Source of the DNA: Sminthopsis crassicaudata
Taxonomy: Eukaryota
Assembly (NCBI RefSeq): GCF_048593235.1
Contig: NC_133621.1
Span: forward strand, 30,629,254 to 30,693,253
DNA length: 64,000 nt
Reading direction: 5' to 3'
The position numbers and the translations under genes are program-made. The first letter of the stretch is position 1. Each line of letters starts with the position of its first letter. Shown in pieces: positions 52,701 to 61,402 of this stretch. The notes beneath the pieces were generated by a model that was not told the DNA's origin, did no database searches, and worked only from the letters and a program-made list of their open reading frames with translations.

Positions 52701-55700
52701 TGCACTTTGCAAGGAAGGGCCACACAGAGGATCACATGACAACCAGCCACAGATTCTCAAGATGAGAATAAGCATCTCAACCACAGGAGCAGCCCAGCTC
52801 TCTCCCTTTAGAACTCACCATCAACAGACCGAATGCAACAGGAGGCAAGTGACATCGGGAGTTCTGATCACTGCTTATTATCATTTGATATCAACTTTGC
52901 AAGCCCTGAGGATGCTTTGGCTTTAACAAGTCCAGGAAATCTGGGCGATGACAAAGCTCAAGCGATTAGTGTCAACTTGAGCAACAGCCTCAGTGTGACA
53001 GAGAATGAAAATGGGAAACTGGCTTGATATGTTGAGCTTGAGACTAATTTATCATGGAAAATCCTTCAATTACTTCGGCAAATACAGATGGACAAGAAGG
53101 AACTATAACCCAGCCTCTATTTCTAGATCCTCCATTTAAAGAGGGATCCCAGACCAACCATGTCATTTTCCATCTTACACTCCTGTGGACTTCATCATGC
53201 CCCCATTTTGGGTATCCTGCCACCTGAGGGTAGGAGCTGCCTTTTACTTTTTTTTTTTTTTGTAAGTTCCAGAGCTTAGCTCGAAGTAGACATAGAATAA
53301 ATTTGACTGACTTCCTCCAGGAAGGAAGGAAGGAGGTAAGAAGGGAGTGAGAGAGAAAAGAGAGGTAGCTATGTAGTGCAGAGCATCAGCCCTGGAATTA
53401 GGACCTGAGCTGGCACTTAACATTAGCTGTGTGCCCCTGATTGCCCCCACCACGTACCCCAAACAAAGATGAATAATGTTATGTCACATATGCAGCAAAC
53501 ACCAACCGCCACTTAATGTCATTAGTACCATAAGTCCAAGGCTGGGATACAGATGCTTGAAATGGCCTAGAGTTGGGCCCTGAGGAGACGTCATTGAAGA
53601 TCGTGTCAAAGAACAAAGAACATGGTGTTGGTTCGTATTCTCCAGGATGTGGGAGGATAGAGCAGGATTCACGCTTGGGTTCATCACTATGATGATGAAT
53701 ATTCAAGAATATGAAGAATGGGCTCCTCCTGCCCCAGCCACCAAACTCACAAAAGGAAGACCAGGTAAATAAGTCCTATTCAAAGAAAGAAGCACTATCT
53801 GTACAGAGCAACTTCGAGGCTAAATGGAGGATTTCAGGCTACAAAGGATCTGTAGGGGGAACTAACCTGGGATCCACAGGCTCTAGGACCTCATGGATAG
53901 ATTTCAAGGGATCTTCATTTTCACAAGCCTTGAGTTCTATTTGCACTATTTAAAAACTGTTATTCTGAGAAGGGATTATGGCTTGAGTAGATCACCAAAG
54001 GGGTCCATGACACAAAACAGGTGAAGAACCTTTGCTCTGAGGTTTGGAGAAAATGAAACTGAAAGCCAGAAAGGCTAAGTGCCTGGCACAAATCCCACAG
54101 CAACGTGATGACAAATTCACAATAAGGTAGACATAACTGAAAGCCAGTCTTTTTTTCCCGGAGAGCACAGTTTCTCACAGCCTAAGATAAAAGGAAAGTC
54201 AGCCTCTAACAAAGTTGGCCACACCCGGCACTTTGCACAATTCTGGCTTTGCAGTTTAGCCCCTGTGGTGGGGAAGGAATACATCCCTAGATTAGAGCCA
54301 ATCTCCCCACAACCAAGAAGGTGACTCCATTTCAAATATACATTATTACAGAATGATATTATATGTAAGCCCCATATTAAAGACAACACAGGGCAGATCC
54401 CCTGAACTAGAGGCCCTTCTTTCTGACCCTGAACCCACCTTGCCACCAAGCCAAAGGTTTTCCTTGGGTGTGATCCAAAATAATATTCAATTAAGACCGA
54501 AGCCTCGTTTACTTAGTATATGACACAGCAGTGTCTGTAACTTGTCAAATGTTTCTTTTAGCATTGGTTGTTTCAACACCCAGAGCAACAATAGCTTTAT
54601 AGACTAGCAAAGTCTTGAGTGTGGCTATGGATTGGTTTAATGAAAGGTAGCATGGGATCAAGGTCAACCTTGGAGACAAGTAGACCTGGGTTAAGGTCCA
54701 AACTGTGTTATTATGGGTAAATCACACACCCTCTCAGTGCCTCAGGCAACTCTCTCTCTAAGATTTTAGGTTTCAATAAAATAACCAATCTGCAAGGGAA
54801 GGGAGTTTCCATGTGAAGAATCACCCAACACTAATTTTATAAGTCTGGAGACTCCTCCTAAAAATTCCATTATTTATTTTATGACACTAATTGCCTTGAA
54901 AGTTTACATATTTCCATGCTCAGAAATACACTTTCTTACTATAACTCTCTCCAGATAACACTCTTATCAGGCCTGATTTTCCTTAAGATGGCCTTTGGCC
55001 AAATGCAATAAAATAACAATCTAACTTCACTCCATATCGAACATTTTACAGACTAAGAGAGGATACTCAGTACCAGGAAAAAAATGAAAGTTGGAAGATC
55101 ATGGGAGGTCAATGGTAGCTACTGGATGGAAATTGCCAAATATATAGTATGGAGAAGTACATAGCTAATATATGTCCTTGAAGGACAGAATCCTATAACC
55201 TATTTAGCTCTACTAGGGAAGATCTGGAGACAGGAAAAAAAAAAAAAAAAAACAGTAACAAAACCTTGTGATTTGGAATGAAATGAGGGACGCTTGTTTT
55301 TCCAATGGTCCTTCTAGTCTATTTAAGAGAAAGCAGGATTGCAAGTGACTTTATTTGTTTTCCCCCCATTGCATAAAATGGTAGCTTAGTAGACAAGGCT
55401 AAAATAGCTGATTCTATATTCCATAAGAAATGACCAGCAGGAGGAATACAGAGAGGCTTGGAGAGACATCAACTGATGCTGAATGAAATGAACAGAACTA
55501 GGAGATCATTATACACTTCAACAACAATTCTGTATGAGGATGTATTCTGATGGAAGTGGAGATCTTCAACATAGAGAAGAGCTAATCCAATTCCAATTGA
55601 TCCATGATGGACACAATCAGCTACACCCAGAGAAGGAACACTGGGAAGTAAGTGTAAACTGTTTGCATTTTTGTTTTTCTTCCCAGGTTATTTTTACCTT

Positions 55701-56799
55701 CCGAATCCAATTCTTCCTTTGCAGCAACAACAACAACAACAAAATTCGGTTCTGCCCATATATATATTGTACCTAGGATAAATATGTATGGGAATGCCTG
55801 CCATCTAAGGGAGGGGGCGGAGGGAAGGAGGGGAAAAATTCAGAACAGAAGGGAGTACAAGGGGTAATGTTGTAAAAAATTACTTATGCATATGTACTGT
55901 CAAAAAATGTTATAATTATAAAATTAATTTTTTTTAAATAGCTGATTGTATTAAAAAAAAAAAAAAAAAACTATCCTCTTATGACAATGCTTAATTAACT
56001 TGCCTGGACTGACAGAAAATGCTATCTGCTTTGTAAGAGAAAGAAGAAATATGAAAATAAACATTTTAAAACGATAAACAGAAGTCACACATAACTCAAA
56101 CGAAGCTTTGTGTCTGACACTCACTAGCTGTGAAACCCTGAACAAGTCATTTAAGAATCTCAGTTTCCTCATCTGCAAATTGGTCATCATAATATTGGTA
56201 TCTCAGCCAACTGTCACAAGGCTCAAACGAGCTAAAGAATGTGATAACTATCTGTGATTATTAGTGTCACCAGAGATCAAGGCAATGGAGAAATGAGAAA
56301 ACATTGCGAGGAAGGATCCCAAGAAAAAAACCGGGAGCAATAATAACAATAATTAGATGAGGGAATTACAGATGGTGACTCTGGTCTTGGAGTCGGAGGC
56401 CAATGTCTCATCTCATTTGACAAGTCTCTTCTGAGCTCTTTGATGTCAGAGGCGCTCTGTTAAGGCAACAGAAGCAAAGAGGAGAGGCCTCTGGGGATGG
56501 GACAGTGGAGCTCCCACATGGAACTCTCAGAGCAAGATCATCACAAGCGGGGGAGCCACACTTTTACCCTGTTTGAAGGAAAATCGGATTAAAATTCATC
56601 CTCAGATGGCAGTTACACACAAGCCAGGGCCTCTTTGAGAGGGGAAGGGGGGGGGGGGGGTCTGTTGCTTACCGAGAGCGTGGCTACAACTACGACAGGA
56701 CTCAGTGAGACTGACAATTATCTGCTGCACGTCTGCCCGGGGAGGAGTGGGCGGGGGATTGGGGTTTTTCCAGCCATTACATTTACAAGATTCCTCGGC
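1973..56799 (-). CDS. KAT2B: KAT2B (PCAF) histone acetyltransferase, partial: coding exons 2-9, join(56673-56799,39758-39903,32796-32885,27019-27200,17298-17489,11682-11788,6809-6934,1973-2109); exon 1 and exons 10+ lie outside the window
   Basis: Eight exons splice in frame (127+146+90+182+192+107+126+137=1107 nt; end phases 1,0,0,2,2,1,1,0), all AG/GT. The translation matches PCAF from memory (AEESCKC...[13 protein letters not shown], ...[22 protein letters not shown]..., ...[12 protein letters not shown]). Diagnostic residues and multi-kb introns favour KAT2B over the compact paralog KAT2A. Exon numbering is by analogy to human. Confidence 0.97.
6190..6395 (+). mobile_element. MAR1-like SINE (CORE plus RTE-type tail)
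   Basis: MIR core followed by the RTE-type tail gcaaaccactccaatatctctgccaag...aactgaacaacaac. Boundaries approximate. Confidence 0.65.
6809..6934 (-). CDS. KAT2B: KAT2B exon 8 ([42 protein letters not shown])
   Basis: Within ORF 6783-6968. Acceptor gttgcag|TC, donor CGAG|gtaatc, 126 nt. Low-conservation linker. Confidence 0.94.
10560..10885 (+). mobile_element. L1 3' UTR fragment
   Basis: Similar to 61580-61870 (ctatgaggactgaatgtgga ... tattttgaaaaataaaa). Boundaries approximate. Confidence 0.7.
11682..11788 (-). CDS. KAT2B: KAT2B exon 7 ([35 protein letters not shown])
   Basis: Within ORF 11662-11895. Acceptor gtatgtag|G, donor ACAG|gtaatg, 107 nt. Confidence 0.96.
11795..11855. repeat. 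(AC)30 microsatellite abutting the exon 7 acceptor
   Basis: Direct reading. Reads (UG)30 in the transcript. Confidence 0.95.
11960..13330 (+). mobile_element. Old, fragmented L1 ORF2-end / 3'UTR remnants
   Basis: Degenerate versions of the L1 C-terminal motifs (acattgttggtg, cccattgatcctgggattccatta, atggaatattac). Boundaries approximate. Confidence 0.55.
12155..12186. repeat. (GT)16 microsatellite
   Basis: Direct reading. Confidence 0.95.
13675..13841. other. Assembly gap (167 N)
   Basis: N run. Confidence 0.99.
15358..15496. other. Assembly gap (139 N)
   Basis: N run. Confidence 0.99.
16855..17050 (+). mobile_element. L2 LINE 3' relic
   Basis: cctggaatgctctc...cagctcaaatg...ccttccc motif typical of L2. 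Other L2 tails lie at ~715-780, ~16470-16545 and ~19040-19115 (tagcacag...ggcacatagtaggtgcttaataaa). Confidence 0.55.
17298..17489 (-). CDS. KAT2B: KAT2B exon 6 ([64 protein letters not shown])
   Basis: Within ORF 17294-17527. Acceptor gcctcag|G, donor AA|gtaagg, 192 nt. Confidence 0.97.
17720..17935 (+). mobile_element. MAR1-like SINE
   Basis: gagtcaggaggatctgagttcaaatcc ... aaaccactctagaatctttgcc ... cagacatgact. Confidence 0.7.
19461..19630. mobile_element. hAT-type (Charlie-like) non-autonomous DNA transposon relic
   Basis: Left end cagggatggggaacc; eroded inverted right end cccatcc; 8-bp TSD tcctaaag (19453-19460) / ttctaaag (19631-19638). Confidence 0.6.
19678..19860 (+). mobile_element. 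WSINE1-like SINE with (TAAAA)n tail
   Basis: Close match to 57834-57974 (cagacacttaacacttcctagctgtgtgaccctgggcaagtcacttaacccc). Confidence 0.85.
20737..21368 (+). mobile_element. L1-mobilised retroposed insertion (candidate HAL1/half-L1 3' end or retrocopy) inserted into a MIR
   Basis: Perfect 15-bp TSD aagacttccatttaa (20722-20736 / 21369-21383), TT|AAGA endonuclease-type site, AATAAA at 21339-21344 and an A tail at 21351-21370. Family identity is inferred, not verified. Confidence 0.75.
23640..23832. mobile_element. hAT-like MITE relic; related fragments at ~49700-49916, ~51200-51500, ~53850-54036, ~60090-60180
   Basis: Shared blocks across copies: ttaacctgggg(t/c)cc, attctgagaaggg, ccaaagggg(t)ccatgacacaaaa...gg(t)taagaacc. 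Family name uncertain. Confidence 0.5.
24455..24731 (-). mobile_element. Solo LTR (ERV), ~277 bp, same orientation as KAT2B
   Basis: The minus strand runs TGTAACA...GCCACA. It carries TATTTAAA (24583-24590), AATAAA (24469-24474) and an internal 18-bp duplication (24629-24646, 24677-24694). Flanks aatgta (24449-24454) and agtgta (24732-24737) form a 5/6 target-site duplication (TSD). The 3' boundary is less certain. Confidence 0.75.
25958..26013. repeat. (GT)28 microsatellite
   Basis: Direct reading. Confidence 0.95.
26711..26743. repeat. (AC)16 microsatellite
   Basis: Direct reading. Reads (UG)16 in the transcript. Confidence 0.95.
27019..27200 (-). CDS. KAT2B: KAT2B exon 5 ([61 protein letters not shown])
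   Basis: Within ORF 27015-27293. Acceptor ttttaag|GGT, donor AG|gtaatt, 182 nt. Confidence 0.97.
28760..29347 (-). mobile_element. L1 ORF2 internal (RT-region) fragment
   Basis: Typical antisense L1 ORF2 text on the + strand (gggtgttggattttaccaaatgctttttctgcatcta ... gatagaattcacttataaatcc). Confidence 0.8.
31450..32075 (-). mobile_element. Old L1 ORF2 fragment interrupted by a SINE (31670-31922)
   Basis: Degenerate match to the same ORF2 region as 28760-29100 (aaccatctttgcattc...tataaatcc; attggtctatagttttcc). Confidence 0.55.
31670..31922 (+). mobile_element. MAR1-like SINE
   Basis: cagctaagtggtacagtggatag ... gaaggaaatggcaaaccacttcagtatctctgcc ... gagtcagacaggactgaa. Confidence 0.7.
32796..32885 (-). 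CDS. KAT2B: KAT2B exon 4 ([30 protein letters not shown])
   Basis: Within ORF 32712-32900. Acceptor ttggcag|CTT, donor CAG|gtaaaa, 90 nt. Confidence 0.96.
33474..33515. repeat. (AC)21 microsatellite preceded by a CT-rich tract
   Basis: Direct reading. Confidence 0.95.
33712..33965 (+). mobile_element. MAR1-like SINE
   Basis: gaggcagctacgtggtgcaatggatag ... aaatagcaaactactgaagtatcttt ... caactcaacaac. Confidence 0.65.
34370..34652. repeat. ~58-bp minisatellite, ~5 copies
   Basis: Units start at 34370, 34422, 34481, 34539 and 34597. Consensus catccagatgtacccagaatacaagggcactagggcacagagctatcaaggcattggc. Confidence 0.92.
35000..35275 (+). mobile_element. L1 3' UTR fragment
   Basis: Same 3'UTR motifs as the other L1 ends (ctgccatctaggggagggag ... 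aataaaaag). Boundaries approximate. Confidence 0.7.
35276..35305. repeat. (AG)15 microsatellite at an L1 tail
   Basis: Direct reading. Confidence 0.9.
35717..35935 (+). mobile_element. L1 extreme 3' end
   Basis: TSD aagaatatacag(a/g)act (35701-35716 / 35936-35951). Has the ttgccatctaggg...G-rich L1 3'UTR motif and a (CAAA)n tail. Confidence 0.75.
37390..37798 (+). mobile_element. Young 5'-truncated L1 3' end with A-rich tail
   Basis: Perfect 18-bp TSD agaaagtcttctacaaga (37372-37389 / 37799-37816). Highly similar to the copy at 55414-55935. Confidence 0.88.
39758..39903 (-). CDS. KAT2B: KAT2B exon 3 ([49 protein letters not shown])
   Basis: Within ORF 39725-39931. Acceptor ctttcag|CT, donor AAG|gtaaga, 146 nt. 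Confidence 0.97.
44914..45208 (+). mobile_element. Short L1 3' fragment inserted in a MIR-like SINE
   Basis: 17-bp TSD with one mismatch, aaatgaatgac(t/c)agatt (44897-44913 / 45209-45225). Contains the L1-type gatttacatgaactgatg motif and an A-rich tail. Confidence 0.75.
45457..45897 (+). mobile_element. 5'-truncated L1 3' end with (CAAA)n tail
   Basis: Perfect 16-bp TSD aaaacaggaagtcctg (45441-45456 / 45898-45913) at a TT|AAAA site. Confidence 0.88.
47700..48000 (+). mobile_element. CR1/L3 LINE 3' relic
   Basis: Degenerate CR1 3' motifs (caaatatctgaagggct...gtgaaagaagg; ggctgcctcagga; cagaggctggatga). Confidence 0.55.
48436..48640. other. Assembly gap (205 N)
   Basis: N run. Confidence 0.99.
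51595..51835 (+). mobile_element. MAR1-like SINE
   Basis: ctaggtggtgtagtggaaag ... gagaaggaaatgacagcccacaccagtaactttgccaag ... attgaacaac. Confidence 0.65.
55414..55935 (+). mobile_element. 5'-truncated L1 3' end, same subfamily as 37390-37798
   Basis: 12-bp TSD aaatagctgatt (55402-55413 / 55936-55947). Long shared blocks with 37390-37798. Confidence 0.85.
56673..56799 (-). CDS. KAT2B: KAT2B exon 2 ([42 protein letters not shown])
   Basis: Not in the ORF track; read manually. Acceptor ttttcag|GCC, donor CTCG|gtaagc, 127 nt. Contains the conserved CKC and CRSC..H residues of the PCAF_N domain. Confidence 0.96.
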
Positions 56800-57833
56800 C
56801 TGAAAATTTAAAAAAGAGAGAGAGAGAGAAATTTATGTAACAGACTGTAACATGGGCTGATTGCTTTGTATAAGAAAATATAGATGAGTTATGAGACGCC
56901 AGACCCTCTGACTTTGCATTTTCTAGGAACACCCAGAAGGATCAATACTGAACTAGTGGCCAAAGTGAGCAGGGTTTTGTTTGTTTGTTGGCTTTGGGAG
57001 GGAGGGAAGGGGAAGGCTCGCTGAGCCTGACAATTTTCAGCAGTCAGCACCAGCCAGTTGAGAGAGTAAGCCAACGGCCTCTGTCCAATGGCTCTTGGCA
57101 AGTGTGAGGGACAGGATTCCAGAGGCATCCATTGGAAATGTTTCCTGGTGTCTTCCAAGTGCCAAAGCAGTCCCCCTTGCAGCTTAGCAGGCCCTGGCAG
57201 GCAGGCTCCAAACACCCCCATTTGTTCAATGGAGCTTTAGATCACCTTGACCCTGCCTTGAGGAGAGGGAAGAGAAAGGGAAGAATGGAAAGAAAGCAGA
57301 AATGAAAGAAAAAGATATCTGAATGAGGGCACAAAGTCGAAGGAAGAGGCACAGAAGGAGGAAGGCCTCCTTTAGGGTTTGCTGGGGGGGGGGGGGAGGT
57401 GGAGGGGGTTTAAATTTTGTTTTGTTCTATTTAGGGTAGGATAGATAAATACCAATCCAGTAAAGGCCACACTCCTGGGCCTTCCTTCTTTCATCGTTAT
57501 CTTTGTGAAATACAAGATGACTTAATTTCACAGCAATATAGGATCACGGGTCAGAGATCCAGAGCTGAAAGGGTCCTCAGAATTTACAGATAAGGAAACT
57601 GAGGTTCCAAGATAATAAATTGATCATATTTCAGTGTGACCCATGATCAAATAACCAGTAAATGTCAGCAAGAGAACTCGACCCCTGTCCTTGTGAGCTC
57701 CAACAGCAAAGAGTGATCTATTTTCTTTGCCACATTCAAACTTTTATGATGCATGACCTGAGATATAAGGGAATTCTGAGCTCTAAAGATTGCCAATCCT
57801 TTTAAGTATCATTTTTTTAAAAATTTAAATATA

Positions 57834-57974
57834 GGGGTAGCTAGATGGCGCAGTGGATAGAGCACCAGCCTTGAATTCAGGAGGACCTGAGTTCAAATCT
57901 GGTCTCAGACACTTAACACTTCCTAGCTGTGTGACCCTGGGCAAGTCACTTAACCCCAACCTCAGGGGGGGAAA
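57834..57974 (+). mobile_element. Young tRNA-derived SINE, WSINE1-like
   Basis: A box tggcgcagtgg (57846-57856), B box gagttcaaatc (57889-57899), CORE-like body, perfect 15-bp TSD aaaaatttaaatata (57819-57833 / 57975-57989). Family name is from memory. Confidence 0.85.
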
Positions 57975-58447
57975 AAAAATTTAAATATAAACACTGACAA
58001 ATATCTTTCCAAAACGTACTTATACATTATGGCCCTCTTATTGGGAACATATGACAAAAATAAATGTACCGTCTTTCTCTTGATGATTGAGTCATCAGTA
58101 TTATTAAATATTCTTTAGAACTTCTCAAACATTTATTCAATAAATCTCTGAATTATCTACTTTGTGCAGAACACTGTGCTTGGTTCTGAGAACCAGGGTG
58201 TTTTCATATTTAAAAAACCCTTCTCCCCCAGCCTTAATGAAACTTACAGTCTAGTGCTCCTAAAGTACTGTCTTCCAGGGCACTGAGGTGTCTAAGGCAG
58301 ATTGTTCTTAAATCAAATGGTGCAAGACCACTCTGCCTTTATAGAGATGCTATCTGCTGTGACTTTACACTGTCACTTCTCCAGTTCTTGTCAATGCCCC
58401 TGCCTCTAACAACACTTCCTTTGTCATTTGCTGTGGCTAGCGTGTGA

Positions 58448-58501
58448 GCGCACACACACACACGCACACGCACACACACACACGCACACACACGCACACA
58501 C
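58448..58501. repeat. Compound (CA)n/(CG) alternating purine-pyrimidine tract
   Basis: Direct reading. Confidence 0.9.
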
Positions 58502-61147
58502 CTAACCTTGTGATAATAACCAGTACAATGAAAATGATTTCAGATGTATTATAGTTATTCTGTGTAGAGAATCCTCCCTATCAGAATTTCAGCTCTTGTT
58601 TCTGGCATCAATCCTGAGCCTTAGCACAATAGACACGTGTTTCATTACTTGCTGATTGATTGATTAAATCTCTAATTCCTGAGCAAGTTCCTAAAAGCCC
58701 ATCCCACACAGGAGAGAGTTTGGCAAGTGAATGGGAGTGAAAGGGAGCCAAAGGGAGCCAATGGCTGCTCATGGTTTTTCCATTCCCCCCCCATGACTGA
58801 AAGTAGCAAATAAATGAAATAAAGCAAATTATTACCTTGACTTATTGAGTAGTTAGGCAGATAAAGTGACAGAGAAATGGAGAGAGCAGACAGACATTTA
58901 GAGGGGCCTCCATGAGATAATGTATGAGGAGACTGACAAAAGGGAGAAAAGACTGAAAATGGTTATGGGCACAGATTGGGGGGAAGAGAGAGCAGGAAAC
59001 AGCTTTGTAGTGGCAGAAGAATGGCAAAATCTTGTAGGAAAGCAAGCTCTTCTTGGAGGTGCCCTCCTCCCCTGCCCTTCCCTCCCGGCATCGTTCCTAC
59101 CCCGGCCCCAAACTCCAAGGCTGGAGCAGCCACGGCAGGGAGGAAGCCACAAGGTCACGCTTGGAATCTTCAGTCATTCCACTGGGCACCCACCTCTCCA
59201 TCCCCAGCACCCCGGAAGGGAAGAGGTCACTCACTTCCCTGTGGAATCTCGTGAAAATTTAGAGACAGGGAGAGAGATGTAGTGGAAAACATTAGATGAT
59301 GTGTTACATATGTGTGTATGTACATACACACACATGTTTTAAATTTTGTAGACAGCAGAGTGCAAGGGATATAGGTAAGGGCCTATCCTTAAATGTTGAG
59401 AAAGACCCGCTACCCCCTCCATTTTCACAGCTGCTCCCCCCAGATCTTGCAAACAGCCAGTCTGATCCCGTTGCCCTACTAGACACTGGTTGTGTTTAAA
59501 CAATGATCAACAGCAACAAAGCAGCCACAACACCCCCATGCTACATGTCAGAATGGGGGGGCAGGGGGAGGGATGGAGAGCAAGAGAAATGAGAAACCTT
59601 TAAATGTTCAACAAATACTTTCTAACCTAAAAAGCATCAATGAAGTCACCAGAAGCAACAGTGGGGAAGGAAGAGAGCAAAGGATTGAAGGGGAAGGTAG
59701 AGGGGGGCGGCACAATTGAGTATCCAGGGGCCCAAGACTGGGGTGCTCCTAGTTATCCGGAAACCAGCAAACCCCAGTGAGCAAGTTAACGGTCCCAGAG
59801 CACACACTGGAGTGGAAGGAACCCTTGGGAAGTTGCCTTAAGGTGTCAGCCTAGACACTGCAGGAGAATTGGCCAAGGAGAAGAAAGGGTGAGGAAACTC
59901 TGGGCCGGCCTAGGCTGACCTAGTTGCTGGGCCTCTTCCCTCCTGCCTCCTGCCTTTGCCAATACAGAAAGAGCCTCAAAGATAAAGCAGATCAGACTCT
60001 GCTCAGTGAAGATGACCTCAATCAGAGGCGCCGGAGCTCTTACTAGCTGTATACCTTGGAAGGAGACTGCCTGAGACGCAGAAGGATTAAAGAGGGGGTT
60101 CTTAACCTGGGGTCCCCAGATAGATTTCAGGGAATTTGTGAACAGGGATAAAGGGAAAATTACATCTTCTTTTTCACTTTTTATTTGTGTACAGCTTGTC
60201 TCCTTCATTAGATCACAAACCTCTTGAGGGCAGGGGCTCTCTTTTTTGTATCCCCAGTCATCAGCTGGTACCCAGCATAAATTTAAATGTTTATTCTTTG
60301 ACTCCAATTCTACCAGAGTCTTTCAGTCCTCAGTGCTTACACCAAATATAAGGCTGGAAAAATGATGATTCTGCATTTTTGCCCCCTCTCAGGGAAAAAA
60401 AAAAGTGGGATGTTGATTTCGAAGGCCTATTCCCTAGCACGGTTTTGAGGTTGTTCTTATATAATTGAAGTCAGTCAAGTGGATAGACCTCTAGGAATTG
60501 TGGTTGCTTGGGAACAGACCCTTCTGCATTAGTTACGGACCCAAGCTGCCTCCTGCAGAGGAGATCCATTTCCTCGGGTCTATACATTAGAATCCTAAGT
60601 AGAAGCACAGAGTCAACACTTAGTCTGTGGGCAGGCAGGAGCTTCAAAAAATGCTTTCCAGGGACTGAATTAAAAGTACCAACAGTCTGGGGTTAACTCG
60701 AGGTATTTATTAAGCAGTCATCATGTATAAGTTCCCGAGTAGAGTTAGAGAAAGGGCCTGGCCTCTGCCCCAATCTAGTCATGATATCCAAATGTTTCAT
60801 CACAAGAAAAACAAATAACAAATGTTGGAGGGGATGTGGGAAAACTGGGACACTAATACGTTGTTGGTGGAGTTGTGAACTGATCCAACCATTGCAGGGA
60901 GCAATTTAGATCTATGCCCAAAGAGCTACCAAACTGTACATGCCATCTGGTGCTGCAGTGTCTCTACTGAGTCTGTATCTCAAAGAGATCAAAAACGGAT
61001 CCACATGTGCAAAAGTGTTTGTGGCAGCCCTTTTTGTAGTGACAAGGACCTGGAAACTGAGTGGATGTCCATCAGTTGGAGAATGGCTGAATAAGTTATG
61101 GGATATGAATGCTATAAAATATTGTTGTCTAAGAACTGATCAGCAGG

Positions 61148-61267
61148 AGGCAGCTAGGTGGCGCAGTGGATGAAGCACCAGCCCTGAAGTCAGGAGGACC
61201 TGAGTTCAAATCTAATGTCAGACACTTAACACTTCCTGGCTGTGGGACTCTGGGCAAGTTACTTAAG
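61148..61267 (+). mobile_element. WSINE1-like SINE nested in L1, truncated by a gap
   Basis: ggcagctaggtggcgcagtgg...gagttcaaatc...cagacacttaacacttcc. L1 sequence resumes after the gap. Confidence 0.8.
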
Positions 61268-61402
61268 NNNNNNNNNNNNNNNNNNNNNNNNNNNNNNNNN
61301 NNNNNNNNNNNNNNNNNNNNNNNNNNNNNNNNNNNNNNNNNNNNNNNNNNNNNNNNNNNNNNNNNNNNNNNNNNNNNNNNNNNNNNNNNNNNNNNNNNNN
61401 NN
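61268..61402. other. Assembly gap (135 N)
   Basis: N run. Confidence 0.99.

Noticed and set aside
53480-53710. CpG-bearing block with overlapping short ORFs, a B-box-like ggttcgtattc, ATGATGA and a CRE-like gacgtca
   Set aside because: No tRNA cloverleaf, no paired C/D box with terminal stem, and no recognisable protein. At most a weak regulatory candidate.
1973-56799. Assignment to KAT2A (GCN5)
   Set aside because: Exon 2, 5, 8 and 9 residues ([54 protein letters not shown] preceded by [11 protein letters not shown]) and multi-kb introns fit KAT2B; KAT2A is a compact gene with different residues, from memory.
56673-56799. High CpG density in exon 2 as a sign of an exonic promoter
   Set aside because: Exon 6 has similar density (10 CpGs in 192 nt), so coding constraint explains it.
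57834-57974. tRNA gene
   Set aside because: The A and B boxes belong to a tRNA-derived SINE head with CORE body, tail and TSD; no cloverleaf.
59846-60307. 153-aa minus-strand ORF, the longest gap-free non-exonic ORF
   Set aside because: It crosses L2 and hAT relics, has no recognisable domain and no supporting splice structure.
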